Origin: Candidatus Altiarchaeota archaeon
GTDB taxonomy: Archaea; Altiarchaeota; Altiarchaeia; IMC4; SCGC-AAA252-I15
Direction of reading: 5' to 3'
DNA length: 36,535 bases
NCBI GenBank assembly: GCA_043800705.1
Contig: JAZDMS010000027.1
Span: 1 to 36,535, forward strand
The notes under the pieces were generated by a model. It was not told the DNA's origin. It saw only the letters and a program-made list of their open reading frames with translations, and searched no databases. This document shows, piece by piece, positions 1-8,596 of the stretch. The translations under genes and the position numbers were made by a program. How positions within the stretch are numbered: position 1 is the first letter of the stretch; every line of letters begins with the position of its first letter.

Positions 1-407
1 TGAATCAAAGGATGTGGCCAGCTGCCTTCACTCCACCTATATGCCTCTTTGCCGAAAAATGCTATTTTAGCGCTTTTATCACAACGGCTGCATTTTCCAT
101 TTATCGAACCGAGCGACTTTTCGATAAGTCGTATATTTCTCTCCTTATCTATTTTGTTATCGTATCCTGGTAAATGCTCAAAGTCCTTTCGTAATGCATA
201 CCAGTATTGATATGATGCGGCATTTTCCCCAATATTTGGATGGAATACGACCGCTTTTTTATCAAATGATACGAATGCCTTCTTGAGCTCCTCGAGCATA
301 TGGTCCCTGCACAACCAGCTGTCTTTATTCAAAGACATAAGATTGTCAGATGCTTTGACACCGCAGACTTGGCATTTTTTACCGAATAGATTAGAGAATA
401 GCCCCAT
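1..407 (-). CDS. Hypothetical protein with CxxC zinc-binding-like motifs; runs off the window edge, not in the ORF track
   Basis: ATG at 407. Manual translation begins MGLFSNLFGKKCQVCGVK..WLCRDH and later reads KCSRCDK..., open to position 1. Low GC. Confidence 0.65.
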   Translation of the reverse strand, partial: MGLFSNLFGKKCQVCGVKASDNLMSLNKDSWLCRDHMLEELKKAFVSFDKKAVVFHPNIGENAASYQYWYALRKDFEHLPGYDNKIDKERNIRLIEKSLGSINGKCSRCDKSAKIAFFGKEAYRWSEGSWPHPLI

Positions 408-472
408 AAACTGTATTTAGATCCCTATCTAATTAATACGGAGAGGTTTGGTGCGCACCCTTTTTTGCCTCG

Positions 473-499
473 CACAGAAACGCTGAAGCGTTTCTCGTG
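473..499. repeat. Intergenic palindrome AGAAACGC-TGAA-GCGTTTCT
   Basis: Perfect 8-bp inverted repeat at 476-495, extendable by CAC/GTG. Confidence 0.6.
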
Positions 500-580
500 A
501 AAGCACGTCCGGGAAAATTTAACCCGACCTGGTCGCCATCAAACCAGGATTATTTAACTCGGAAACGCATGGGTTAATCG

Positions 581-2578
581 ATGGCCTCCATCCGACGGGT
601 CCTATCGTTTACTGCGGCCATTATCCTCTTGACGTCGTTTTCCTGCGCGGAAGCGAACTACTACTGCCAGTGGAGCTGGCCGCAGAAGATAACGGACAAG
701 GCATCAGGCGCCATACTGTGGACATGCAACGGCGCCAGACCATACTGTAAGGCCGGCACGGCCCAGTGCTGTAAATATGATCCAACCAATAAACAACACT
801 ACGACTGTGTGGTTATGGGCGGTTCAGGCGGCGGAGCATCGTCGACTACAGTTCACACGACAGTGACCACCACGACAATGCGGGCTACGACCACCACGCG
901 CGCGACGGTAACCACATCCACTATCCGGACGACGACCACGACGACCGTGCCATCCGTATACGGCTGCCAGTGGAGTTGGCCGCAGAAGATAACGGACAAG
1001 GGCTCCGGTGCTGTGCTGTGGACATGCAGCGATGCCAGACCATACTGTAAGGCCGGCACAACACAGTGCTGTAAGTACGATTCTGGCACAACACAATACT
1101 CAGACTGCATCGACGCACGCACGACACAGACGACAACCTCGACCGTGATATCAATCTCAACTACGAGGTCGACGACGTCCACCCTTCCACCCCGGTACGG
1201 CTGCAACTGGAGCTGGCCGCAGGAGGTGACAAACGAGGGCACAGGGAGGGTGCTGGGGGCATGCACGACTGCCCGGCCATACTGCAAGAAAGGCACGACA
1301 CAGTGCTGCAAATACGACAACGTGACGAAGCAATACTCCGACTGCATCAACATACTCACGACACCGACGACCACGACGACCCTCCCGACCTGTACGGACA
1401 GCGACGCGGACGGCTACGCCCATACGAGAATCGGCGAAGTCGTCGTTAAAAATGCCCAGGGAACGTCGACATACACAGACTACTGCAGTGGCTACAGCGT
1501 CCTGCACGAATGCTACTGCGGCGACGGCAAGGACGTGGAATGGTTGACGTACGACTGCGGGGAACTAGGCTGCTTTGGCGGCAGATGCAACACATACACC
1601 TGCTACGACACCGACGGGGGCGACAAACCATCCAAGGCAGGCTACACCGTGAAGATGCTGACCCCGACCGCCCAACAGAAGGACTACGACACATGCACCG
1701 GCAATAAGGTGGAGGAGGCCTACTGCGACATGGGCGGAACTCAGAAGACATACGAGTTCACCTGCCCCAACGGCTGTTTAAATGGTGCCTGCCTGATTAC
1801 GACGACCACGACCACGCTACCTTGCTACGACAGCGACGGTGGGAAAACCTATTACCGGAAGGGATATGCGGTGAACAAGTACAACGTCGTGCTCGATGAC
1901 TTCTGCCAGACCAACAACCCGAACCGGCTGAGCGAATACTACTGCGGCGGAGACCAACTCGCACTACAGGACCCATACGACTGTCCGGCGGGCTGCTTCG
2001 AAGGAGCATGCAAGGCCACGTCGACAACGACCTATACGACAACGACGACCGGCACGACCACGACCGCAACAACGACGTCCACGCTCCCACCGGGATGCTA
2101 CGACCACGACGGATTGGACGATGGCAACGTGAACAGCTACATCGAATACGTCGAAAATGGGCGCATGGTCAAGCTATATGACGAATGCAGCGAACCCATC
2201 AGTCGTATTTTCGAGGCAGTCTGCGATGGAAACAGGGGCACAACGACGATGATAAACTGCCTAAACGGCTGCTTCAACGGGACCTGCAACGTATCATTCT
2301 GCAGGGACACCGACGGAGGAAACTACCCCTATGTCTGGGGTGATGTCATGGATGGCTGGGGCGGCCATACAGACGAGTGCATGGGCACGATGGTGGTTGA
2401 GCAGATTTGCAGCGGGGGACGGCACAGCTATGTCCTCTTCAACTGCTCCGCAGGCTGCAGCGAACACAGATGCAACCCCTCAACCACGACGACTACATCG
2501 ACCCTATCATTGATGGCAAAGGAAAGGGCGAGCATACGCAGCTTCTTAGACACAGTACGGCGGACACTATCCTTCTGA
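581..2578 (+). CDS. Secreted Cys-rich repeat surface protein with Thr-rich linkers
   Basis: N-terminal signal peptide. Three ~50-aa C.WSWPQ..C..ARPYCK.GT.QCCKYD..DC repeats, then five C.D.DG(G)..C..E..C..C..GC..G.C modules separated by poly-Thr. AT-rich TATA-like element near 550-558. Confidence 0.85.
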   Translation: MASIRRVLSFTAAIILLTSFSCAEANYYCQWSWPQKITDKASGAILWTCNGARPYCKAGTAQCCKYDPTNKQHYDCVVMGGSGGGASSTTVHTTVTTTTMRATTTTRATVTTSTIRTTTTTTVPSVYGCQWSWPQKITDKGSGAVLWTCSDARPYCKAGTTQCCKYDSGTTQYSDCIDARTTQTTTSTVISISTTRSTTSTLPPRYGCNWSWPQEVTNEGTGRVLGACTTARPYCKKGTTQCCKYDNVTKQYSDCINILTTPTTTTTLPTCTDSDADGYAHTRIGEVVVKNAQGTSTYTDYCSGYSVLHECYCGDGKDVEWLTYDCGELGCFGGRCNTYTCYDTDGGDKPSKAGYTVKMLTPTAQQKDYDTCTGNKVEEAYCDMGGTQKTYEFTCPNGCLNGACLITTTTTTLPCYDSDGGKTYYRKGYAVNKYNVVLDDFCQTNNPNRLSEYYCGGDQLALQDPYDCPAGCFEGACKATSTTTYTTTTTGTTTTATTTSTLPPGCYDHDGLDDGNVNSYIEYVENGRMVKLYDECSEPISRIFEAVCDGNRGTTTMINCLNGCFNGTCNVSFCRDTDGGNYPYVWGDVMDGWGGHTDECMGTMVVEQICSGGRHSYVLFNCSAGCSEHRCNPSTTTTTSTLSLMAKERASIRSFLDTVRRTLSF

Positions 2579-2657
2579 AAGACACCGCCTCCGAAGCTCA
2601 GACACCTGCCCGAATAGGAGGCTCGCATGTGCAACGCGCACGAAAAAGAAAGAATTT

Positions 2658-2670
2658 TTTGGGGCCAGGG
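2658..2670 (+). repeat. 13-bp direct repeat of the tRNA-Trp 3' end (att-like)
   Basis: TTTGGGGCCAGGG occurs at 2658-2670 and 3433-3445, each preceded by GAAAGAA. Confidence 0.6.
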
Positions 2671-2759
2671 ACCAATATCCTACAGGTTCAACATCCCTCT
2701 GAGTTATTGGTTTCTTAAAAAATGGTTATATCCTATCTTTCTAAGATATTTACCTCCTA

Positions 2760-3419
2760 ATGAAACAAAAGATTCTCAACGATAAGCAAAGACACAATCT
2801 GGGGATTAACTATTACATTAATGTCTTTTTGGATATTGTTCCCGCATCCTATTTTTTTGTGATTTTCCTGTGGCCAAGGTATTTCGCCATACAATATGCT
2901 ACGCTGGTTGTCTTCGTCATTATTGAGGTATTCATCGTTTTTGGTTTCATTTTTGTCGTGAACTTATCTGAAGCATATAAATTATCTAAAGGAAAGGGTA
3001 ATCTTGTTGCCCTAATAATAGGGCTGTCGATATATTCTGCCCCTTATTTGTCTCTCCTAAATGATATAAGCAAAGCTATAGGTTCGTCCCTCATTTTCTT
3101 CTACTACTTTAAGCCAATGTTGAATAACCTTCTTGGAATGCTCAGCAAGGATTATGACGAACATATAAATCTCCTAACAAACTGGACTTTATCATTCGCG
3201 TCGTTGTGCGTAGGTTTCATCATAAGTCTCATCCTGAATCGCCTGATTATAAACGATCTGTCAAATTTTCCCGAATGCATAACCGGATGCCCCTTCATAA
3301 ACAGGTCTCATTGGGCAGCATGGCTTGGTTCCTACTATCTCACCCTCTTCCTCCTAAAATTACTTCTATGGAAGCCGTTGAACTTGTACATTGCCCAAAG
3401 GGTGAGCAATCGGAATTAA
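2760..3419 (+). CDS. Low-GC integral membrane protein, about 6 TM segments, function unknown
   Basis: Strongly hydrophobic 219-aa ORF, markedly more AT-rich than its flanks. Confidence 0.7.
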   Translation: MKQKILNDKQRHNLGINYYINVFLDIVPASYFFVIFLWPRYFAIQYATLVVFVIIEVFIVFGFIFVVNLSEAYKLSKGKGNLVALIIGLSIYSAPYLSLLNDISKAIGSSLIFFYYFKPMLNNLLGMLSKDYDEHINLLTNWTLSFASLCVGFIISLILNRLIINDLSNFPECITGCPFINRSHWAAWLGSYYLTLFLLKLLLWKPLNLYIAQRVSNRN

Positions 3420-3434
3420 AGAAAGAAAAAGGTT

Positions 3435-3655
3435 TGGGGCCAGGGGGATTTGAACCCCCATCGGTCGGTCACTTCGAACCTTTTATCCTTGTACTGTTGG
3501 CTGCCGTCATCCACCTTTTTGGGTGTTTGGCTGACCAATGTTTTGTCGTCATCGCCCCCTCCTCGGAGGCTCAGCGCTCCAGATGACTGAACAGGCTGAC
3601 GATCGTCAACCGGTTCGCTGGAGCCGACTAGGATGCCGGGTTACCCCATAGCCCC
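3435..3655 (-). tRNA. tRNA-Trp(CCA) with 148-nt intron at 37/38 (intron 3470-3617)
   Basis: 5' exon GGGGCTATGGGGTAACCCGGCATCCTAGTCGGCTCCAG; 3' exon ACCGACCGATGGGGGTTCAAATCCCCCTGGCCCCA. Anticodon stem GTCGG/CCGAC. BHB with a GAACC/GGTTC helix. Confidence 0.93.
3470..3617 (-). ncRNA. Intron-encoded box C/D guide RNA (predicted Cm34, possibly Cm39)
   Basis: Box C-like TTGACGA (3603-3609), guide CTGGAGC, box D' CTGA (3571-3574), box C'-like ATGACGA (3546-3552). The D+5 rule points to C34. Same arrangement as known euryarchaeal pre-tRNA-Trp introns. Confidence 0.75.
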
Positions 3656-3724
3656 ATTTTACGCCTTCGATGCGCATAATGCGCATAGCGGCCTATATTT
3701 CTAAGTAGGCGGGTAATATAAACC

Positions 3725-4582
3725 ATGGACAGGTTCATGTCTGCGGCCTTGAGGGAGGCCAGGAAGGGCATGGCTGAGGGTGGGATCCCCATCGGCTGCG
3801 TACTGGTCGTCGGGGGGAAGATTATCGGCCGCGGCCATAATCGCCGCGTCCAGGATGGGAGCGTCATAAGGCATGCGGAGATGGATTGCCTTGAGAATGC
3901 GGGGCGGAAGGACGCATCGATCTATAAGAAGGCCACCTTGTACACCTCCCTCTCTCCGTGCGACATGTGCAGCGGCGCTATCATCCTTTATGGCATCCCT
4001 CACGTCGTCATCGGCGAGAATGTCAACTTCGACGGTCCGGAGGGGTATCTTAGGAAGCGGGGGGTTAGGGTGCGTGTTCTGAACGATTCCAGCATAATCA
4101 GGATGATGAGGGAGTTCATCCACGGGAATCAGAATCTGTGGTTTGAGGATATAGGCAAGAAACACATGGGGACGCCGGGATTCAAGAAGAGGCATCCGAC
4201 GCCTAAGGAGCAGAAGAGGCTTGTAACGGGCTTTGAGAAGGAGCATATGTCATGTGTGGAGGTGACGAAGAATAGGGTATCGGGGGTCTATGACGATTGC
4301 CGCATATCCTACCCCGTACGGGAGGTCCCGCACATGAAGAACATCGGCAACTGGCGCCACAGCGGAAGGGACAATACGGTCGTAATAGACATGCATGTGC
4401 GGCCGAAGGAGAGGGCCGCGGTCCTGGTTCACGAGGCGGTGGAGCAGTACCTGCAGAAGAACTATGGCCTGCCTTACTGGAAGGCGCACTATCTCGCAAC
4501 CCTCGCAGAGCGGCATTATGTCGAATCCCATGGGGGGAACTGGAGAAGCCACGAGATTACCGTGTTCAAGACGAAGATATGA
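3725..4582 (+). CDS. Cytosine/nucleoside deaminase (CDA fold) fused to a C-terminal HExxE-motif domain
   Basis: HAE..SPCDMC zinc motif and WFEDIG terminus typical of fungal-type cytosine deaminase, followed by ~140 extra aa containing LVHEAVE..AH..AE. Confidence 0.8.
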   Translation: MDRFMSAALREARKGMAEGGIPIGCVLVVGGKIIGRGHNRRVQDGSVIRHAEMDCLENAGRKDASIYKKATLYTSLSPCDMCSGAIILYGIPHVVIGENVNFDGPEGYLRKRGVRVRVLNDSSIIRMMREFIHGNQNLWFEDIGKKHMGTPGFKKRHPTPKEQKRLVTGFEKEHMSCVEVTKNRVSGVYDDCRISYPVREVPHMKNIGNWRHSGRDNTVVIDMHVRPKERAAVLVHEAVEQYLQKNYGLPYWKAHYLATLAERHYVESHGGNWRSHEITVFKTKI

Positions 4583-5081
4583 GCAGCTCTTCCAGCCCGC
4601 CTGCGAGGATCACCAGCAGCAGGAGCATGTTGACTGCGAAGACGGTGGGCAGGAACGGGTAGGCTCCTCCTTCCCCGTATTTTGACAATAGCGGCTTCAG
4701 GAATTCGTTAACCAGGACCATCAGCGGGAGGGTCAGGATGATGTATGTGGGATTCAGGGTGGCCAGCAGTGCTGCGACCGCCGTAACGTCCATTGTGCTG
4801 ATGGAGAAGATCCCGCTGCCAGAATTCACCGCCACGAAAAGGGCTATGAGGGCCCACTTTATCACGAACGGGGCGATGCCGAGTTGTGCTGTGAGGCCGA
4901 GGTATATGTCGGTGAGGAACATGAACGCCGTGAATGCTCCCCAGACCTCAGCGAAGTCCGCCTGGGCCGCCATCCTCCTGAGGTCGGAGAGGCTCGAAAC
5001 AGAGAGGCTGCCCAAGAGAAAGACGAGCGCATGAAACTGGATCGGGTTCTGGGCGGGGAACAGAAAATATGCTAAGTCCAT
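4566..5081 (-). CDS. Membrane protein resembling the A24 prepilin peptidase family (degenerate motif)
   Basis: Multi-TM protein with SDLRR after TM1, STMDV in place of GxGD, and C-terminal YPFLP. ATG at 5081 preferred over the upstream TTG. Confidence 0.5.
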   Translation of the reverse strand: MDLAYFLFPAQNPIQFHALVFLLGSLSVSSLSDLRRMAAQADFAEVWGAFTAFMFLTDIYLGLTAQLGIAPFVIKWALIALFVAVNSGSGIFSISTMDVTAVAALLATLNPTYIILTLPLMVLVNEFLKPLLSKYGEGGAYPFLPTVFAVNMLLLLVILAGGLEELLISSS

Positions 5082-5193
5082 TCTTGTCGTATACCATACG
5101 TTCTTTTGTATATTAACGGGCTTCGGCATTTGTGCCGTCGGCTCAGGCAACCCCCGGTTTTATAATAGGCTGCCGAATAATTATGATACCAAA

Positions 5194-5883
5194 ATGCATT
5201 ACGTCAAGCAGTTGTTTCAGGGAAAACCGGAGGAATGGGTGCATCTTCAGTTCACAAGGTACGGCCGCGGGCTGTTCGACGGCCCGTATGTCGAGGTGGA
5301 TGCGGGGAAGGACATAAAGTTCAAAGGCAGCGTCGAGTATTCGACCGTCTTGGGCCAGCTTGCCGCGTCGGGCGGCGGCGACTTCAAGGTCGAGGGGGCG
5401 ATATATGCGAAGAAGGACTTCAGGGACGATCTGAGGGGTCTTGGCGTCGAATTCGACGATAAGAGCAAGGTGAAGCGGAGCTTCTTCGTAGCCGAATTGA
5501 GCGGCGATTTTCCATCGGCAGTCCTCGTCGACATTTATTCGAAAGTCCCGCATGCGACGGTCCTGCTGAACTTCGCCGGAGCGGGTGGGAAGTTCAAATG
5601 CAAGAAGAAGCCTCCAAAACCTGGCGGGGAAAAAGTTAACGATTTCTGCTCGGGCAGCATGGCATTGTCCGCCCTGCCGAAGCTGAAGGGGGAGGTACTA
5701 TTCGACGTCGGCGACTTCAAGAAGGCCGTCGTAGACAACAAGTTCCAGATAGAGTCCCTGACGATACCGCCCGGCATGAGCTCTGCTGACGCCAGGTTGT
5801 ACGCGAAGCGCAAGGGCAAAGTACTCCGGACCGTCACAGTAGACGGAGTCGATAAAAAAAGCGAAGTACCATTCGAAGTTTAG
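5194..5883 (+). CDS. Conserved archaeal hypothetical protein
   Basis: Clean 229-aa ORF with host-like codon usage. The VHLQFTRYGRG and ARLYAKRKGKVLR motifs recall a DPANN hypothetical family. TTTATAA lies about 30 nt upstream. Confidence 0.7.
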   Translation: MHYVKQLFQGKPEEWVHLQFTRYGRGLFDGPYVEVDAGKDIKFKGSVEYSTVLGQLAASGGGDFKVEGAIYAKKDFRDDLRGLGVEFDDKSKVKRSFFVAELSGDFPSAVLVDIYSKVPHATVLLNFAGAGGKFKCKKKPPKPGGEKVNDFCSGSMALSALPKLKGEVLFDVGDFKKAVVDNKFQIESLTIPPGMSSADARLYAKRKGKVLRTVTVDGVDKKSEVPFEV

Positions 5884-5890
5884 GTGTGCT

Positions 5891-6472
5891 ATGGGGCTCG
5901 TGACTCGTCAGAGGTTTGCGCTCCCTCTGATCAGAGGCTCATCAGTGCTCGACATCGGCTGCGCAGGCGGCCTCCTTCTTCGAGAGCTAAAAAATAGGGG
6001 GATAAGTGTCAAGGGCGTCGAAATCGACTCCGCCTCCGCCGGGAAATGCTCGGCGAAGGGTTTCGAAGTCGTGGCCGGAAACATCGAAGAGTTGGATGTT
6101 AAAAGTATTGGTTCATTTGACACAGTGGTCATGACCGACGTAATCGAACACCTGCATGATCCCGTGGCCGCACTGGTGAAGCTGAAGGCAGCGATTAAGC
6201 CCGGCGGACGGCTGGTGCTTACGACCCCCAACGTTGACTGGCTCTTCTGGCACCTCTATCACACGGCAGGGGGCACGCCTCACGCTTGGATCAACCCGGA
6301 GCACATCCAATTCTACAATCGAAAGACCATCGGCGAGGTGTTGGCCAAGGCCGGCTACGAATTAGTTGGCGAGAACTCCTACGGGAAAGTCCCCCTGACG
6401 GGCATACATTTCCGCAGCCCCTGGGCTTTCCTCTCATGCAACCTGGTCGTGGCGGCATCGCCTAAGGATTAG
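5891..6472 (+). CDS. Class I SAM-dependent methyltransferase
   Basis: VLDIGCAGG motif I, FDTVVMTDVIEHL and KPGGRLVLTTPN. Confidence 0.9.
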   Translation: MGLVTRQRFALPLIRGSSVLDIGCAGGLLLRELKNRGISVKGVEIDSASAGKCSAKGFEVVAGNIEELDVKSIGSFDTVVMTDVIEHLHDPVAALVKLKAAIKPGGRLVLTTPNVDWLFWHLYHTAGGTPHAWINPEHIQFYNRKTIGEVLAKAGYELVGENSYGKVPLTGIHFRSPWAFLSCNLVVAASPKD

Positions 6473-6635
6473 GGTGGTTGTCGCCCCCTATTTAACCCCT
6501 TGGCTCATCGATCGACTAACGTCTTCTGTTCTCGCCGAAGGTAACCCTCGAACGGGGGCGTGATAGTATAACAGCAGGGGAGGCTAATAACCGCGCACAC
6601 CGGGTATTTTTCCCCATCTGTCCAAATTCTATCAT

Positions 6636-8537
6636 ATGAGCGGGCAGAAGGGGCCTGTAGAGCCTAAGAAGGAGAGCTACGGGCCAGCGCTTCTGGAGAC
6701 CATGTATACCGTCTCCTGCGAGAGAGGGGGAGACAAGCCCCCCAAGCAGGTTTTCATGCAGCAGTTCCTCGGAGGGATGAATGAGGAGCTTAGGGTCACG
6801 CTGGGTTGCGTATCGACCAACAAGGTCGAGTATCTGGAGAAGGCCTCCTCCTGGTGGGACAAAAGACAGGCCCTCGGGCCTCCGGCGCTGCCTGAGATCG
6901 TCCGGACCCTGGGCATGGTGAGCTTCGAGGACGAGTTCTCCCCCGACTCCCTGAGGCGGATGCTCGGCTCTATCCATCCGTCGTTGTCGAAGCTCGGCCT
7001 GGACGTGCGTCCCGTCGCCGATCGAAGCGGCCGAAGGAACGCCAACCTTGCCGTCGTCTCATCCGATTTTATCGTGCCCCCGAGCGAGGGGGACCTTGTG
7101 AAAATCTCCTCATGTGTCGCCGGCGGATTCGTCGAAGGCGTCTCATCCATGATGCCCCACGAACGGGACCATATAGTCCCCTGGCAGATGATACTCCCGA
7201 GAAGGAGCCTGAAAATCGAAGCGGCCTGCGGAGAACCGTCCTATTACATCGGGAAAGGCTTCAGGTTCGACCCGGCCTCTAGGAGGGAATTCGACAACGA
7301 ATCCGAGGGGGCGAGGCTCAGGGGGGAAAAGCCCAAGAGGGGAAGCAACATGTATGAGGTCTTCGACGAGGCAGGCATAAGGCATGCCGTCGAGAGGCCT
7401 TTGGCGATGTATATGGGGATGAACTGCCAGAACGCGGCCGGCGAGATAGGCGGCATGGCGTTGGCCATTATGCGGGGGATACGGGATCGGACCAAGCCGC
7501 AGGACCCGATACATATCAGGGTCGACGATCCGATAGCGATAGTCAGGTTCGACTCAGTGCGTTCGCCGGCCGGCGTAGTCCAGGGCGGGACGATAACGCG
7601 GGCCAGCGATGAGGGTCCCAGGGGCGACGAGCTCATGAACCTGATAAACAGGCGATACATAGGCCGGCTGATGTGCGAGAATCAGAGTGTCAGGGATTTC
7701 GTCGTAGACGGCAGCCTGAGGCCGATCGAACATGTGCTTTCTCAATTGCGGGGGCCCATCCCCGCCAGGCTGCCTCCGGGCATGAGGAGGGAGGACCTTG
7801 TCAGGTTCAGGGATACGCTGGCCGGTTTCCAAAAGGAGGTTTCTGCATGTGAAAAATCCATGGGCCTGGACAAGGCGGTGAGGGTCGTGGCGATCGGCGA
7901 AGTCCTTGACACTCTGAAGATTCCATCGGTGCAGTACCCCGAGCTTTTCAGGCCCGGAATCATCCCCGGCAGCATGTCGAACGCCTGGCGCAGCGAGCTT
8001 GAGAGCATCTATCGGCTTGCCGGCCTCGCGAACAGGCATGTCTTGGAGCATGGGATGATCCACTGGCAGACGTACTCGGGAAACCTGAGGTATCATGAGC
8101 GGGAAGGGGGAGTCGACCTCACAATCTGCGACTGGGACCGCTCAAGGGATGTCGTCGGCATGACCTACAAGCAGACTATAGGGTTCGTCCTCCAATCGAT
8201 GGACAACATGCTAGGCCTGGCAAAAAGCAGCCAGGAAAGGGGCATTGTCGGCCTGGTGAAACCGGATTTCGTGCGTGCTTGCCTTGAAGGCTTCCAGATG
8301 AAGGTCCCCGGGTGGGGGGAGAAGTCTGAGCCTGTGCCCAGGGAGCTGATGGAAGCTGCCGTGAGCGCCGCTTCCTCGATCCCGCCGGAATACGGCGGAG
8401 GCGTCCATCAGACCGAACTCAGTCTCCTCGTCGACGCATCGGTGCATCATCCCGCTGCTGACATAGGCCACCCGTTCGTCGAATTTGTCAGAAGCGTCTA
8501 TACTCCGGAAAAACACGGGCGAATACAGAAAGGCTGA
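6636..8537 (+). CDS. Large hypothetical protein, possibly a degenerate protein-kinase-like fold
   Basis: 633-aa ORF with IGKG, HGMIHWQTYSGNL and TICDWD in kinase-like order and spacing. Confidence 0.6.
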   Translation: MSGQKGPVEPKKESYGPALLETMYTVSCERGGDKPPKQVFMQQFLGGMNEELRVTLGCVSTNKVEYLEKASSWWDKRQALGPPALPEIVRTLGMVSFEDEFSPDSLRRMLGSIHPSLSKLGLDVRPVADRSGRRNANLAVVSSDFIVPPSEGDLVKISSCVAGGFVEGVSSMMPHERDHIVPWQMILPRRSLKIEAACGEPSYYIGKGFRFDPASRREFDNESEGARLRGEKPKRGSNMYEVFDEAGIRHAVERPLAMYMGMNCQNAAGEIGGMALAIMRGIRDRTKPQDPIHIRVDDPIAIVRFDSVRSPAGVVQGGTITRASDEGPRGDELMNLINRRYIGRLMCENQSVRDFVVDGSLRPIEHVLSQLRGPIPARLPPGMRREDLVRFRDTLAGFQKEVSACEKSMGLDKAVRVVAIGEVLDTLKIPSVQYPELFRPGIIPGSMSNAWRSELESIYRLAGLANRHVLEHGMIHWQTYSGNLRYHEREGGVDLTICDWDRSRDVVGMTYKQTIGFVLQSMDNMLGLAKSSQERGIVGLVKPDFVRACLEGFQMKVPGWGEKSEPVPRELMEAAVSAASSIPPEYGGGVHQTELSLLVDASVHHPAADIGHPFVEFVRSVYTPEKHGRIQKG

Positions 8538-8596
8538 CGGTATTCCCAGTTTTTAAGCCTCTTTCACATATTTGAAGTGCTTTTCAGGTGAATTGT

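Noticed and set aside
658-1350. Three ~150-bp repeats as a CRISPR array or DGR
   Set aside because: They are in-frame protein domain repeats with ordinary divergence. They are too long for CRISPR repeats and show no A-specific pattern.
3206-3586. 126-aa ORF here, and similar ORFs at 14155-14421 and 16686-16913
   Set aside because: They overlap tRNA genes and are spurious.
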